A program made the position numbers and the translations under genes. Positions 37,801 to 62,302 of a stretch of DNA of 64,000 bases are shown here, piece by piece; position 1 is the first letter of the stretch, and each line of letters starts with the position of its first letter. The notes under the pieces were generated by a model. That model searched no databases, was not told the origin of the DNA, and was given only the letters and a program-made list of their open reading frames with translations. This DNA comes from Macrostomum lignano (taxonomy: Eukaryota), in contig NIVC01000873.1 in assembly GCA_002269645.1 (NCBI GenBank), forward strand, positions 62,001-126,000, read 5' to 3'.

Positions 37801-40800
37801 TGTCATTGGCAAAGACTCTCCCGATTGACCCGATAGCCCTGGTCATGTCGATGTTGATTGTGGTGGACGCCAGGTAGAATATTGGCGCGGCCGTGTTGCG
37901 TCGAACGTTGAGAGTCAACGGGATCGTATTGTTTCTAGCGGGGTAGCCTTGATCGCGTATGCCAATGGTAATCTGTTCGAGTGGAAATTAAATATTGTAT
38001 AATTTGAAAGCTTACTTGTTGCCTTAACTTCATTTATTTGTCTTAATTTCTTATGCCACTTACATTAAAAGAGGTTTCTGTACGCGTCAAGATGTCTTGC
38101 TGTAAGTAGACTCCACCAGTGGCTGTGATACCAATTAATGGGTTCTCGGAGAAAAACTCCACCGTGTTTTCCGGAGAATTCGGGTCCAGATCGTATCCGC
38201 TGACAGTATCGAAAACTTGTCCTAGCTGCTGCGTCTCGTTGATGGTGAAAACGTAAGAAGAAGAATTGAAGTCGGGCGTGAAGTCGTTTCTTAGTATGAC
38301 GACATTCACCTGCGTCCTGTTGGACTTTGGCGGCTTTGCAGTGTCCGAGGCTTCCAAAATAATCTATTGGAAAGGATAAATGATTAAAAGGATAAATTAT
38401 CGCCAAACTTTGGGCTGCGTCACAATTCAATTGCAGCAGTCATACTTACAAAGAATCGGATCGGAACAGCTGGATTATTGAATCCACCGACGGCGATCAG
38501 ATTGGTGCCATTGTGAGAAAATAGGCTCGCGTAAGTTCCATAAAGAGCATAAGACAAGACGGGCTAAAATTCAGTGGTCGCAAAGATGAAAATTAATCTT
38601 CCTGTGAGTAAACATCAGTTAAATATATTACAAATAAAGTTTAATTACCGATTCAGCATCTGTTGCGATGATGCTTGCAACTGGGAGATTGGTCGCACTA
38701 CCAGGAACCTCAATGTTATACTGGCTGTTAGTAAACTGTGGGAAGCCGTTGTTAGTTACTAGGTTGACTTGCACTAGTGCCGCGGTCGAGCTCAAGGATG
38801 GAGTACCTTTGTCCTGTGCGGTGACCGACAGGAAGAATAGTTTGGTAGTAGAGTCAACAAGGCTGCGTTTGGCCATGATCTGGCCTGTGTTTGCGTCAAT
38901 CATGAAGTAGTTTAGAGCGTCACTCTGGTTAGATGTCAAGACATACTGCCAGGTGTTGTACGGAGCCTGCAAGTCCGCGTCGCTAGTCGTAAATGAGGCT
39001 CCAATGCTGGTGCCAAGCACCTGCTCCTCTGATATGGAGAAGTTCTGATAAGCCGGATTGATCACTGGAGCGTGGAGATTCCTAGAAACGCTAACGGTGA
39101 TCGTTGAAGTTCCTGTCAGGCCCGAAGGATCTGTGGCAACTACGTAAAGAATGTACTCGGTGTCGATATCAAGACTGAGGTTTCTTTGCAATGTAATTGA
39201 GCCAGTAGTGCTGTTAATGGCAAAGTAGGTTGGCCCTTTATATAAACCGGCGAGGGAGAACAGAAGAGGAGAGTTGAAGCTCGCTACCGTGTCCGCATCA
39301 GTTGCACTCATTAGCACAACCTGTGTCCCGACAGGCATCAGCATCGAGATATTAGCAACCCAGGTGGCTGGTTGGACAACCGGAGATTGGGTTGCTCTGG
39401 ACACGTTGATGATCACACTGGTGCTCGAAGAGAAACTTGGGGTCCCATAATCCGATGCTGTCACGGTAAGCTGAAATGGTGTTAATGTTTTTATGAGGCC
39501 TAATCCTCATAGAGATGTAATTTCTGACTTCAGAGTAGCAATTACTTTTTTAGAAACTCACATTGTAAACTGAATTCGACCTGTTTCTCAGCAGGCTATT
39601 TCTCAGTCGAATGGAACCAGTTCGAGAGTCAATTAAGAAAAAGCTTAGTCCGTCGGCTGGAATGGCCTTTGCGATCGAGAACTGGACCATCGCATTGACT
39701 CCCTGAAAAAATGTTCACGATTCGAATATCCAGGTAAAGAGATCTGGTCGAATAGGAAGATTGGTCTGTAATAAGTATCTGCCGCTTGTTCACTCACCGA
39801 GTCAGCATCCGAAACAGACACATTGCCAACTGTCGCTCCGATGGGCTGAGTCTCTAGCACACTCATTGCGGGAGCTGAAAGCACAGGTCTGTTGTCATTG
39901 ACGTCCTGAAAAAAGACAAGAAAATTATTATTTCTGTAATTTTAAACTACAAGCAAAGCAGGGTAGTCTGAACTAGATTATGGAAAGCTTACAGTGATTG
40001 CGATAGACACGGTGGCGGAGAGGCGCGAGGCGTCTGTAATCGTCAGTGAGGACTGATCCGTCGACACGATAAGCACATAGCTCTGGTTGCTCTCATAGTC
40101 GATCCCGCTAGTGGTAAAGATTTCACCACTTGTCGCGTTGATTCGGAACGGAACCGACTCGTTTACCAGCCGGTACGTGACGTTTGAAAATGAGTCGCCA
40201 TCAATTGCCTAAATAGCGATAACGTGGCAATATTATTAGTCTGAATTTTTATGCAGAAAAATAGTCAGCAATAAGCAACTACTCACAGCGACAGTGGCGA
40301 CATAGGCATTGTTTGAATTTTCCGCCACGCTGCCGCTAAAATATCGAACAGGAAAGAATGGTGCCATATCATCGCGATCCTCCACATTGATAGTTAGCGT
40401 CACTGTTGCGCTTCGAGCGGTTAGGCCGAAGTCGCGGGCTGTCACCGTCACGTAGTGAACTGCGCGCGCTTCGTAGTCGAGTGCCTTGGCCAGCTGAAGC
40501 TGAGCCGATGCGAATCCCGTAGTGTTGGTCGTTTGAGTGATTGCGAATGAGTTTCTGCAAAGTAATTTGGGCAGTCAGTCCTGCTAGTATAATATGGCGG
40601 CAACAATTCTCAGACTCCAAGATCTAAGAAGAAGTGCATTTGCTTACGTCGCCTCGCTGACAAAAAACCTAATCAGAGCATTTTCAGCTAGGTCAGCGTC
40701 TGTCGCGTTGATGGTCACAATTATGGCTGGGAAGGTGTTCTCGGCAACAGAAAAGTTAGTCGGAACTACGGAGATAACGGGATCGTTGTCATTGGAGTCC

Positions 40801-43800
40801 AGAAGTACAACTCTAATCTCGGTGACTGCCGTCTGCAAAGGACGATTAAACATTTTTTGTTTTAGGTTTGCGTTTGCTCGATAATATATATTTTTAAATT
40901 CCTGTTTCATCTTGAACTCACCCGATTCCCAAGACTGTCTTGAGCGCTGACAAAAACGCTATGATATGGAACGATTGGAGACTCCCTGTCCAACGGGGCT
41001 GCAACAGTGAGACTGCCGTCACTTGTGTAATTAAATGCCGATGACACTGTCTGGTTGAGCAGGCTGTACCTAATAATGTCACCCTCCGGGTCAGCGGCTG
41101 GAAAACTACCAACAACACTGCCAACAGGTGTGTCCTCCGAGACCGAGACTGAGTACACTGGGGCAGAGTAATACGGCGGCAGGTTGTACATTCGTGTGAC
41201 CGTAATCTGTACGGCAACGTCCGCAGTTCGTACGAGGCTGGCCTGAGGTTCGGAGTCGCGAGCCCTCACGGTCAGCACGAAAACCTCATTGCGAACCAAG
41301 TTACCAGTGGCGCTAATCTCGCCAGTTGATTCGTTGATAGCAAAGATGGTCGTGTTTCCTTCCACAATGGAGTAGCGTAATCCGGCGGTGCCTCGGACAC
41401 CCGAATCGGCGTCGGTGGCACGCACTTGTCCGACCGGTCGCGAGCCCGGGCCCTCCGCTATCACGAATGAATAGTTGAGAGCCTGGAACACGGGCGAATT
41501 GTCGTTCATATCGAGGACCGATACGGAGAAGCTCACAGTGCCGGTGAGGTTTGCACGAGGGGAGTCGATCTCTGTGGCAGTGACCTATAATTCAGTATCA
41601 TGCATAAATTTACGAGGTATCATTTTTATTTTTTAGACTCCAATTTTTAGAAAGTATGTCTCACAGTGAGATTGATCTGCTTGTCAGCTGGCAGGCTTTC
41701 ATAGTCAATCAGCACGTAGTTGACAGCAACTGTGCCATCGTCGTTCACTTTGAACAATGCAGTGTTGGTCACTGTGTATTGGTATTTTCTAGGTGGGTCG
41801 CTCGGTAGCTGAAAATCAAATAAAATCAATACTGATCATATCCGCAGAACTTACAAGTAATTTTTGTGTAAATTCTTGCAAATGATTGACTCACCAAGTC
41901 GCGATCAGAAACTATCAGCTTAAATATTTCTCCCGTTGTGTTCATCACTAGCGTGCCAATCGGGGAGTTCTCAGTTACCGTCAGTTGATCTGACGGCATA
42001 TTGAAGCTTAGCGTCGGGGCGAAAGTGTCCTGCGCGTCGACGCTGATGATGAGGACTGCCGTATCGTACAGGTTGTTATTGGTCACGTCAGTCCGAGTGG
42101 TGAATTGCGAGGCCTGAGAGAAAAAATGACACAATCATTGAATCGTTATTTCACAGTTATGCTCAAGACTAATGACGAATGAAGGGCAAAACGTAAGCTA
42201 TATTCTTACCCTGATGACAAGTGTAACCGTTGCGGCAACTTGGCGATCAATCGGAGCAAGCTGAGCCACCTGGCCAGTTATTTCGTCGATGAAAAAACTT
42301 GACGAAAAGTTCCCTGAAGGTACGTATGAATTGCATTTAATGCAAATAAACTTTGTTGCAAGCTAGTAAATATACCACCTGAGAGAGATCGTACACTAGC
42401 AGAATGGCTTTCCTCTATTTCGGTAATTTACCTGCGACAATGGAGTAGCGGGTGCTGAAGTTCAGTGAGTCTTGGTCCAATGCCAGAATGGGACCTGGTT
42501 GGATTGCTAGCGGACCCGAGGCCTAAAAAACGCGGATTAGATCTGGTTTGTAAGGATAAATACAACAAACAATAACTACAATGCTTGAGACTTACATTAA
42601 CGTTGCTGATGATGCTGCTGGTGTAGGTTGGATTCAGACACACTGACAAGTACAGAGTGCAACCAGAGACAATGAACTTTGGTGGCAGGTCATCTTCATC
42701 CAGTACACTAAACACAATGGTTGCTGTAGATGTCAGGGCCATAGAAGCGTTGGCTGGGGAATCCTGAAACAAAGTGTCACATTGTTTAAACGGTCTATCA
42801 GAATTTCGCGACTCAATTATAATTACTTGGGGAAGTGCGAGAAAACAATGAGCAATAGCAGTTTTGCTACACGGTTACCTTAGCAATCACCAGTACTGAA
42901 ATATTAGGCGATGACACACCGAAAGACTCATAGTCCAACGGTCGGTTGGTGTACAGTCGAACATCTGATCCAATTTCTCTCGTCTGTAAGTACGTGTCAT
43001 TCAACACAGATATTGTGACCACAGCGTTGCTTGCATCGTCTAAATCTCTGGCTTGGGCACCTAGGAACTGCAGGACTCCAGTTGGCGTGTTCTGCAAAAC
43101 AAGTGGCAGTTAATTTTGAAAGTTTGAAACTGAAACATTATCCGATTTGAAATTTTAAAATCAAAGCAGACTTACTTCTCGAATGAAGCCTGCGTATACA
43201 GTTTGAACCAAATTCGTCGATGTGTTGTAGAACACTGGGCTGTTGTCGTTAACATCATTTATAGTAACTCTTGCAGTCAAGTTCTACAAAATGCAGTAAA
43301 TATGGTTCTAAAAATGCTGGAAACTTATACCATTTTTTTAGCAGCGACAGTTCTGTACTCACCCTGGCAATGCCCGTATCCGGCAGGCATTCGATGCCGA
43401 AATCTATTGTGACACCGATTCCTGTCGTGCCAGGAAATGAGGAGACACGGATGTCCATGATCTGCAGATAGAAAAGCGTGTCATGAATGTAGGGTGATTT
43501 TTAATAGGGAATTCAGCGTAATTCAACTCTCTTCAGAACCAACCTCTCGGTCGATGCCCTGCTTGAGGCTGATGTATCCGACACCGGAACGGACGCTGAG
43601 CTGGAAGTACTCGCGTACTGCGTCAAACGCGGTCTTATTAAAGAACAGATTGTTGGTGTTGTTGAAAATCCTCAATACAATTGTCTCGTTGGTCTTCGGA
43701 TCGCTGGCCTGTCTGACTGTGCCAAAGATGACCGACACGCTCCTTTCTTCGCCGAGCGTTGGCAGGTGATCTCCGGCTGTGCGAATTTGTAGGCTTTTAA

Positions 43801-44862
43801 GTTATTATTGGCAAAAATAATTGTCGTGCGATGGTTATATGATTGCATCCCTAAATGATGCAGCACGAGATACTTATACCAACAAAATATTCACAGGAGG
43901 GCTGTGGGCATCCTGGTGCAAAGCATTCGGCAACATTACCCAACAATCAGCAGTGAGGCAACTCTGCCCATTCCGCTGACTACTGAAGCGCGCCAATACT
44001 GTACACAGGTACGCACTCATGCACACGCTCACACAGGGTGTACACAGCAGCCCCTGACTGTCTAATCGTCAGGCATGTACACTCTCTGTGCCTTGGGGTC
44101 GGCCCTCGGGGGTGTGACTCGCACGACAGCCCCTCGACAATTTTTTGCACAACTCGGGAGCGAGAGTCGGATGCGTTTACCGTTGAGCTGCTCCCCCCGT
44201 TGCTCCCCACGTAAGATACTTACGACCGTAGTTCTCCGTAAAGTCCAGGTTGACGTAGAAGCCGGAAGTCAATTCGCAGGGGTTAACACCGTGCACAATA
44301 CTCGCATGATGACCTGTAGTTCAGATTGGTTGTTAATGGGATTTCAAATTTACTTCGAAAACTGATTCGAAAGTTTACAGCTTAAATACCCCATGACCGA
44401 AAGTATTCAGATTCAATATAATGTTCTACGTTACCCTCATTTCGCCTAGCACAAAAAAGTACAATAAAGCCCTTTTTCAGTAGCTCAATCTGCATTATTT
44501 CCATGGGCCCAGACACTGATCCGTTCTATTACTTCACAAGGTCCACTTGAACTTTGAAATTGGTCTTGCTATGCCTGAAACCGACCATGTACGAACGCAT
44601 AGAGCATAGATCCTACACATGACTAAATACTATGGTTGGAACTGACTCCGATGAAATCTAGAAGGGTCACAACCTTACGAGTAGTGAATTGAAAAAGCAT
44701 TCCGCATTGGAAAATGGAAATGAGCCATCTATCTGGTGTATGAATCTGCGGCACGGATTTGAAAGCAACCTGTATGAGACTCCTACCGGACGCGAGGTCA
44801 ACAATTGAAAACTTACCGATTAGCACAGACAGCAGCAGCAGAGCTGCTCTAAATGCTGCCAT
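10833..44862 (-). CDS. Giant protocadherin-15/Cad99C-like cadherin: signal peptide, about 66 EC repeats, MAD/SEA-like juxtamembrane domain, TM, short tail; about 78 exons, about 7,400 aa; one apparent frameshift near 30488
   Basis: Signal exon 44862-44817 (MAAFRAALLLLSVLI), exon 44313-44224 (NPCELTSGFYVNLDFTE), exon 43776-43544, then dozens of GT-AG exons encoding cadherin folds (ATDxD, TYSL, FxINxxTGxI, LxVxAxDxGxP). TM VWAALIAIAAFIILMCIIVIVYCL at about 11850-11920; last exon 11127-10833. Internal exon boundaries and the repeat count were read by eye and may be off by a few. Confidence 0.92.
11170..11471 (-). mobile_element. tRNA-derived SINE, copy 2 (more complete head), in the last cadherin intron
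   Basis: Minus strand reads GGGGTTGTGGCCTAAAGGTTAGAGCGTCGG (A box) ... GGTTCGATTCCC (B box), then the same core and ATT-rich tail as 8187-8472. Confidence 0.8.
11837..14294 (-). other. Cadherin C-terminal block: last two ECs (PCDH15 EC10-11-like), MAD/SEA-like domain and TM
   Basis: IDRE...SDTNDNAPLF, then AATFNRNSTIKYRFGVIAQDNG...ELIVNLIQDKNRMILVV, resembling PCDH15 EC11 (TAMLF...FKFQVIATD...VLVSVVNQLDMQVIV). Then an about 100 aa juxtamembrane domain and a hydrophobic helix followed by RRPR. Confidence 0.75.
14425..39895 (-). other. Block of about 56 non-canonical cadherin repeats (linkers mostly RNxxxP or RDxxxP instead of DxNDNxP)
   Basis: Repeated linkers RNLHAP, RNLNAP, RNLYPP, RNQFAP, RDVSAP, RNINSP and others. 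I saw no DxNDN in this interval; DRE/DYE is essentially absent; many NxS/T sequons. Confidence 0.85.
39895..44862 (-). other. Cadherin N-terminal block EC1-EC8 in PCDH15/Cad99C register
   Basis: EC1 FGIECLPD...DVNDNSP; EC2-3 linker DEDDLPPKF followed by two Cys and GPILALDQD (PCDH15 DGDDLGPMF...IQAIDQD); atypical EC5-6 linker TRMYNLPPYY...AADPEGDIIRY...LDRE (PCDH15 PPNNQSPPRF...ATDREGDSITY...LDRE); canonical DMNDN, DSNDN, DRDDM, DVNDN plus DRE/DYE motifs. Confidence 0.8.
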
Positions 44863-45892
44863 TATTTTTCGTTACCAAAAGTTGCAACTCTCTGATCCGA
44901 TGCGATTGGCGAACGAATGCAATAAAATTCGACTCTATTAGACAGATTTAAGCTCAGATAAAGCTTCGATATTTGTCAATTTTGCACGATGTGCGCTGTA
45001 TAAAATCTTAGGCAGTATAGCTTCGAGGAAACTCTGTGTCGTTTTTACCTTCTGATTAAGAGATGGTCGGTACCCACCCAGTTACCCACCCATATTTCTT
45101 TTCAGCCTTCGCAAGGGGGGCTGGGCGCAGCCTTCTTGATGCCCTTCTGGGGGGACGGCGGTTCGCCCCGCCTAGCACCAGCTCGAGTCCCACCCACTTG
45201 CCCCACCTCGAGCAGAGCATCTATGCCCACCCACCAACCACCCACACTTGGGCTCTGTGCCACTGCTGCTAATGTCTGCTTCTTCTGAGCATCTTTTAGG
45301 GAGTGCGACTGGCCAACCCACCCTCCAGCTAGACAAGAGAACTCCCGTTTGACAAAGCCTGAGAGAGACAGAGAGAGACACACTTGCCCTAATGCCGTCG
45401 GGCAAAGGGAGGGGCGGTTGGTACACAATAGAACGCACGATAGCCCTCACAGAACAGTTTTTATATTTCTTATTCGGAATGAATGAAATGCAGGAGAAAT
45501 GAATGAACGGTGTAATGGCTATACAATAACACTGCAACAGCTAGCTCAGGAAATCATTTTTTAGAGTTTGTGTTTTCAACTCAGAAAGACAGTTCTGTGC
45601 GCGATGCACCGTGTCTACAGCTTAGCTACAATAATTCCAGATGTACTCCGAAGAAATAAGTCACTTTGCGAGAGCTGGAGCTGCAAAGTCAATGGCGGAA
45701 AAGTGCGAATTTTTACTGAAAATTTAATTGACAATATCTCACCTTTCTTAGCTTCAGAATTTGAAACAAGCCCTGCGTCCGTGTTTGTCCGAGTTTGATT
45801 CCGGGCCTCACTGGCAAATCGTCCAAACTCCTTCAACTCAGACAAAGAGTAGAGAATTCAGCTAAGCGAAATCACTTTTACTGCAGTTTCAA

Positions 45893-46833
<941 letters not shown>

Positions 46834-47852
46834 ACAACAACAAGAGTAAAAATAATCCGTAATTCTTTGTAATTGCGGTTCTTTCTCAATCGAGTTTGTA
46901 TCTCGTATACGATAAATTGAAAGTCCAGAGGTTGACATATTTTGAAGTTTCTTCTACATACAGAAAACTTTCTATCTCGCTAGTGCATTTTGCATTGAAA
47001 AGCAGAACGATTTACAAACTAAACTTCAAATACGAGCATTCTGTGAGATATTCAATTTAGACTACTGAGAAAAGTAGACGAATAATGCTTTGAATCGTAA
47101 ATCTCTCACAAAGCCTGAAAAATGACGTATAAAAGAAATGGCTCCATAAAAAACTACTGTGCACGCTGAGAGTGCTGGTGAAGAACGGCGGGAGGCCATG
47201 GCTCACGGAAGAAGGCAATCAAGTCATAAATCAGTCTCATTCTGCCTGAATACTACTCATTTTTCATATGAGTCGTTTTAAAGCAACTGATGAGGACGAA
47301 CTTTTTTCCAAATCCCGCGCTAGCACATGGGCTCTAAACTTACTAGCCTACTAACAGTGGGCAATGGGCATTTTTATCCTTTTTCAGCGAATTGTCATAG
47401 AATCTATACTAGATATAATGTTTGGTCATACTAGTAGTCATAATAACATAGGAGCAGCTTTTTGGGTCATAAATCATCGCTTTCGAAGCTGGTCTTACAG
47501 CCACCTGCGCCTCACTCAGTGCTGGGGCTGGCACCAGATGGTCTGAGAGGATGCGAATGATAGCTTTTTTCTCATCATTTTGACTGGCCAACAAGATTTA
47601 TGAGGTCAGGGCCTATATTGTTCGTGTTCACTCAAGCGTGTTACAGCTTTGACAGCTATGCGTTTTACCCCTAAAGGTGGTACACTTTTGGGGGTTTGGG
47701 GGTTGGGATTAGCGATTAGCGATTTCTCTTCATTATCTTCACTTTCTACTTAATAAGAGCTTTCTAATGTATTTTTTCATTAATTTTTGTTAATTCTACG
47801 CGAAAAGTCATAAATCATTTTTTTGCGATTTTGATTGATTTATGGCCGCACC

Positions 47853-49480
47853 TGTCATATTTTTACGATCCCGAGGGAACTGATAGGATCTCCCGGTCAC
47901 GTTATTGGATGGCAACAAGCTTAGCCAATCAGAAAATTCGACGCTCATTTTAACAAACCGGCTCAGCCAATCAGAATCGACGTGTTCCACTATAACAAAC
48001 TGCGGTCCAGTTGGCGGCTATTTAAACCGGTGTTTTTGCTCGGACTAACCCTTGCTGGAATCCGGCCAGGAACTTGCTCTCTCCCTGGCCCGACCGTCGT
48101 TTCTTGATCCCAGGATTGCGACTCCCCCCATCATCATCAAGGACGAATCCCCCCGGTCATCAGCAGTGAACATCAAAGTGAAGAGCATCACCTGCTAGCT
48201 ATCTGCGAAGGTTGTGACATCAGCATCATCCCGGGCCTACAGCTGCGAAGCACTAAGCCGATTCGGTCACTGTGGATTACCTGGTCTCCGGCTGTTGAGT
48301 TTCTGATTGGTTGGGTGAGAGGCTACCTAGACTTGCTTGATTGGGTGATCCCTTATCTGTCCCCTATTTCAGTAGCTGGATTAAGCGCACACTTTTGCTC
48401 ATTTTGTTCAGTAGTGCTGTTACTGAGGCAGAAATCATTCAATAATACTGCTAGTAGTCTAAAACTCCAATTCAATCTGAAGTGTGAAGTGATCTAAGGA
48501 GAAGGTAAAATCTGACAGTTATTTTTATCGGTTTTATTTCTTTGTTCGCCGATGGCTCAGATGAATAGCTAAGCTAGTAGGCGCCGGTCATAGTGGACCA
48601 ATGGCAAGGCAGTTCTCAGTCGATCAATCTATCAAATCAGTTAGCGAAATTGCCAATAGTGCAGAATCGGCGCCAGAGATGTACTTTTTGCACTCTAGGT
48701 TAGCCAAGCGGCTCGGGTGATGAATCATGCGGTCTCTGAGGTTCGAGTTAGCCTATCATCAGCGCTAGAAGAGGCTGGTTGGCGCGTTGAAGGCCAAAAG
48801 TACAATTCTTCGTATTTAGCAATGTAATAGTACATGTAGCTACATGGGCCCATAGTCTCGCCACTGCAAGAATCCCCTGCACAAGTCCCCTCTGTACCTG
48901 CATGGCCAATGCGATCTAGTCCCCGCAGTGTCCCTTATCATCGGCTATGACTTCGAGATTGACAGCAAAAAGACACTAGTTGGCAGGTAAGTGCAAAGCC
49001 CCTTCTAGTCGGAAGCCCGATTTCGAGAGTCCCGGTGTGGTGAGCCAGGGCGCACGGGCTGGTGGCAGCGGGTCAGCTAATCTGCGGATTAACTAATTTC
49101 TACCTTCAAAATTCTCCCTGCTTGTCTCTCGCTGTCCCTCTCTTAGCTATAGGACCTAGACTGCTCGCCACACGATCAAGCTACCATGGGGCTGACCATC
49201 TGACAGGAGTGGGGGGCCAACAGGACTCTAATTTATTTATTTCTGAGCCTGAGGCCCGAAAGCTTCCCCACAAGGGGCCGAAAGGTCGAAACCCATCTCA
49301 ACAGATAATTCTGGGAACTCATACAAAACGGATTATACAAATTATATACAAATTATACAAATACAAAACTCATTTCAAAACGGATTCTATTGCATTTTTT
49401 GTGTAACAATACAACTTTAATTCGATTCGATTTAAGACCGATCCGTCACTCCGAACAAATAATTGGCACCGCCCAACGAG
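47853..49480 (+). mobile_element. Possible LTR-retrotransposon remnant (LTR-like segment plus PBS-like site)
   Basis: Starts TGTCA; two AGCCAATCAGAA (CCAAT) boxes and TATTTAAA at about 48020; ...CCGAACA-AATAAT-TGGCACCGCCCAACG at about 49450-49478 resembles a tRNA-Lys PBS (TGGCGCCCAACG) with a 3-nt insertion. No second LTR and no gag/pol seen. Confidence 0.35.
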
Positions 49481-49512
49481 GTCCCCCACTGTCGCCAGCA
49501 TCTGTGCTGCAG

Positions 49513-49845
<333 letters not shown>

Positions 49846-50977
49846 TGTGACTGTCACTTTACTAAAATAATACACTTAAAACATCAGTAGTAATGTTTGC
49901 ATGTCGCTCAGCAAAATTATTACAAATCTCAACTTTTTACAGCGCACTCGTGGACTCATTTTTTCGTAGCGAGGACTGAGAGTAATAAAATGTTTAAATG
50001 TGTTTATATTGCACATTGGAGGCTGTAAACTTGATATTGTCGCACCTGATGGGCCAATAAATAATTAATTGGGCACCTCACTCTAGCGCGGATCAGCTCC
50101 CTGCACGTCAGAAGATAATTGCCCCGCAGACCAGCTCAGGCCGCGTGCTACGGCAACCCCATTGTTTGAGTTGCTCTACTCCTAGAAGCGAGGCTTCCAG
50201 CTGTTTTTTCCATTCTCTTCGTTTTACTCGCTGGCTTGATGCATTTGCCTCATTCGTTGCAAAAGAAGCACTGTAGACCAAGACTGGGTCCGCCAGCAGG
50301 CAACAAACTTTCACCCCTGCAGTTTTCTTTTGGCGGTAATTTACAGAAAAGAAACAGACAGGCAGACAAAGAGACAGAGAGGGTAGGGGCGGATTGGGCA
50401 CTCGGCGTGCTTCGATCCCACGCCTCTCTCGGCCTCTTAAGTTTTCACCTCTCCATTAGGGCCGGACCCACCTGACACTCTCGGCCTGGAGTCCGCAGAG
50501 ATTTCATCAACTAACCAATCGGTGGCCGTGGGCCGGCCGTGACCCCGCGACTTGGTTGGATATTTAGCGAGAGAGAAGACAATTCTTATTAACACTCGTG
50601 ACACTGTGAGTAGTTTGCGCAGACCTCCTGGCGACAGTTGGTGGTGTTTCAATTTTGAGAACCGCATTGCAGACTTGAGCAGCTGTGGTAAGTCAAACTT
50701 TATTGTTAACACAAAGCAAACCAGCTCTATGTAAATTGTTGCAGGTCACGAAACTGGAGTAAAGAGACTCAAATCTTTCCTTTATTAAGGCGCAAATCTG
50801 TGCCAATTTTATGTTTGTAATTTTGCTTTTTCTTTTGAAAAACTGAAACACAGTTCGATACAAAATCTCTTGCTAAGTATTTAATCTCTAAATTTACGAG
50901 ACTCGTGATTAGACTTGTTCTGGCTTAGTAAAAATCACATTGATTTCAGCAATCTTGCACACAAAACAGCATTGGCA

Positions 50978-62015
<11,038 letters not shown>

Positions 62016-62302
62016 TCAGCTGAGATGGAGCAGCGAAATTCGAACAAAAATGATACAATTTGTAACGACTGAATTGTAAAACGCTCCAAATTGATGTTTC
62101 GGTTACAGTTCCACAACAAAAATTTTGACAAAAATAAACCGCAAGAACTCAACTCAACCCGAATTAAATTAGCCACGATCTACGAGCTACGAACTACATC
62201 AGTTTTTGATGCGTTTTCTAAAATTTATACAAGCTACGTGACCTGGTTGAGATTAGCGTACAGAACATGACGTGAAAAGTACCATAAACATTAACATTTT
62301 AG

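Noticed and set aside
14675-43769. Many short plus-strand ORFs over the cadherin locus
   Set aside because: Antisense shadows of GC-rich cadherin exons.
43940-43972. Possible alternative cadherin first exon MGRVASLLIVG
   Set aside because: The donor would be phase 2 but the next exon needs phase 1; the hydrophobic stretch is short.
47270-47302. Hammerhead-like GTC...CTGATGAGGACGAAC
   Set aside because: Missing one A of GAAA, stem II loop too short, no element context.
48698-48750. Pol III A/B-box-like pair (TAGCCAAGCGG ... GGTTCGAGT)
   Set aside because: No cloverleaf and no second copy; could be chance or an eroded SINE head.
49060-49071. Exact tRNA-Leu-type PBS TGGTGGCAGCGG
   Set aside because: Not preceded by an LTR-terminal CA and not followed by a gag-like ORF; kept only as a weak alternative boundary.
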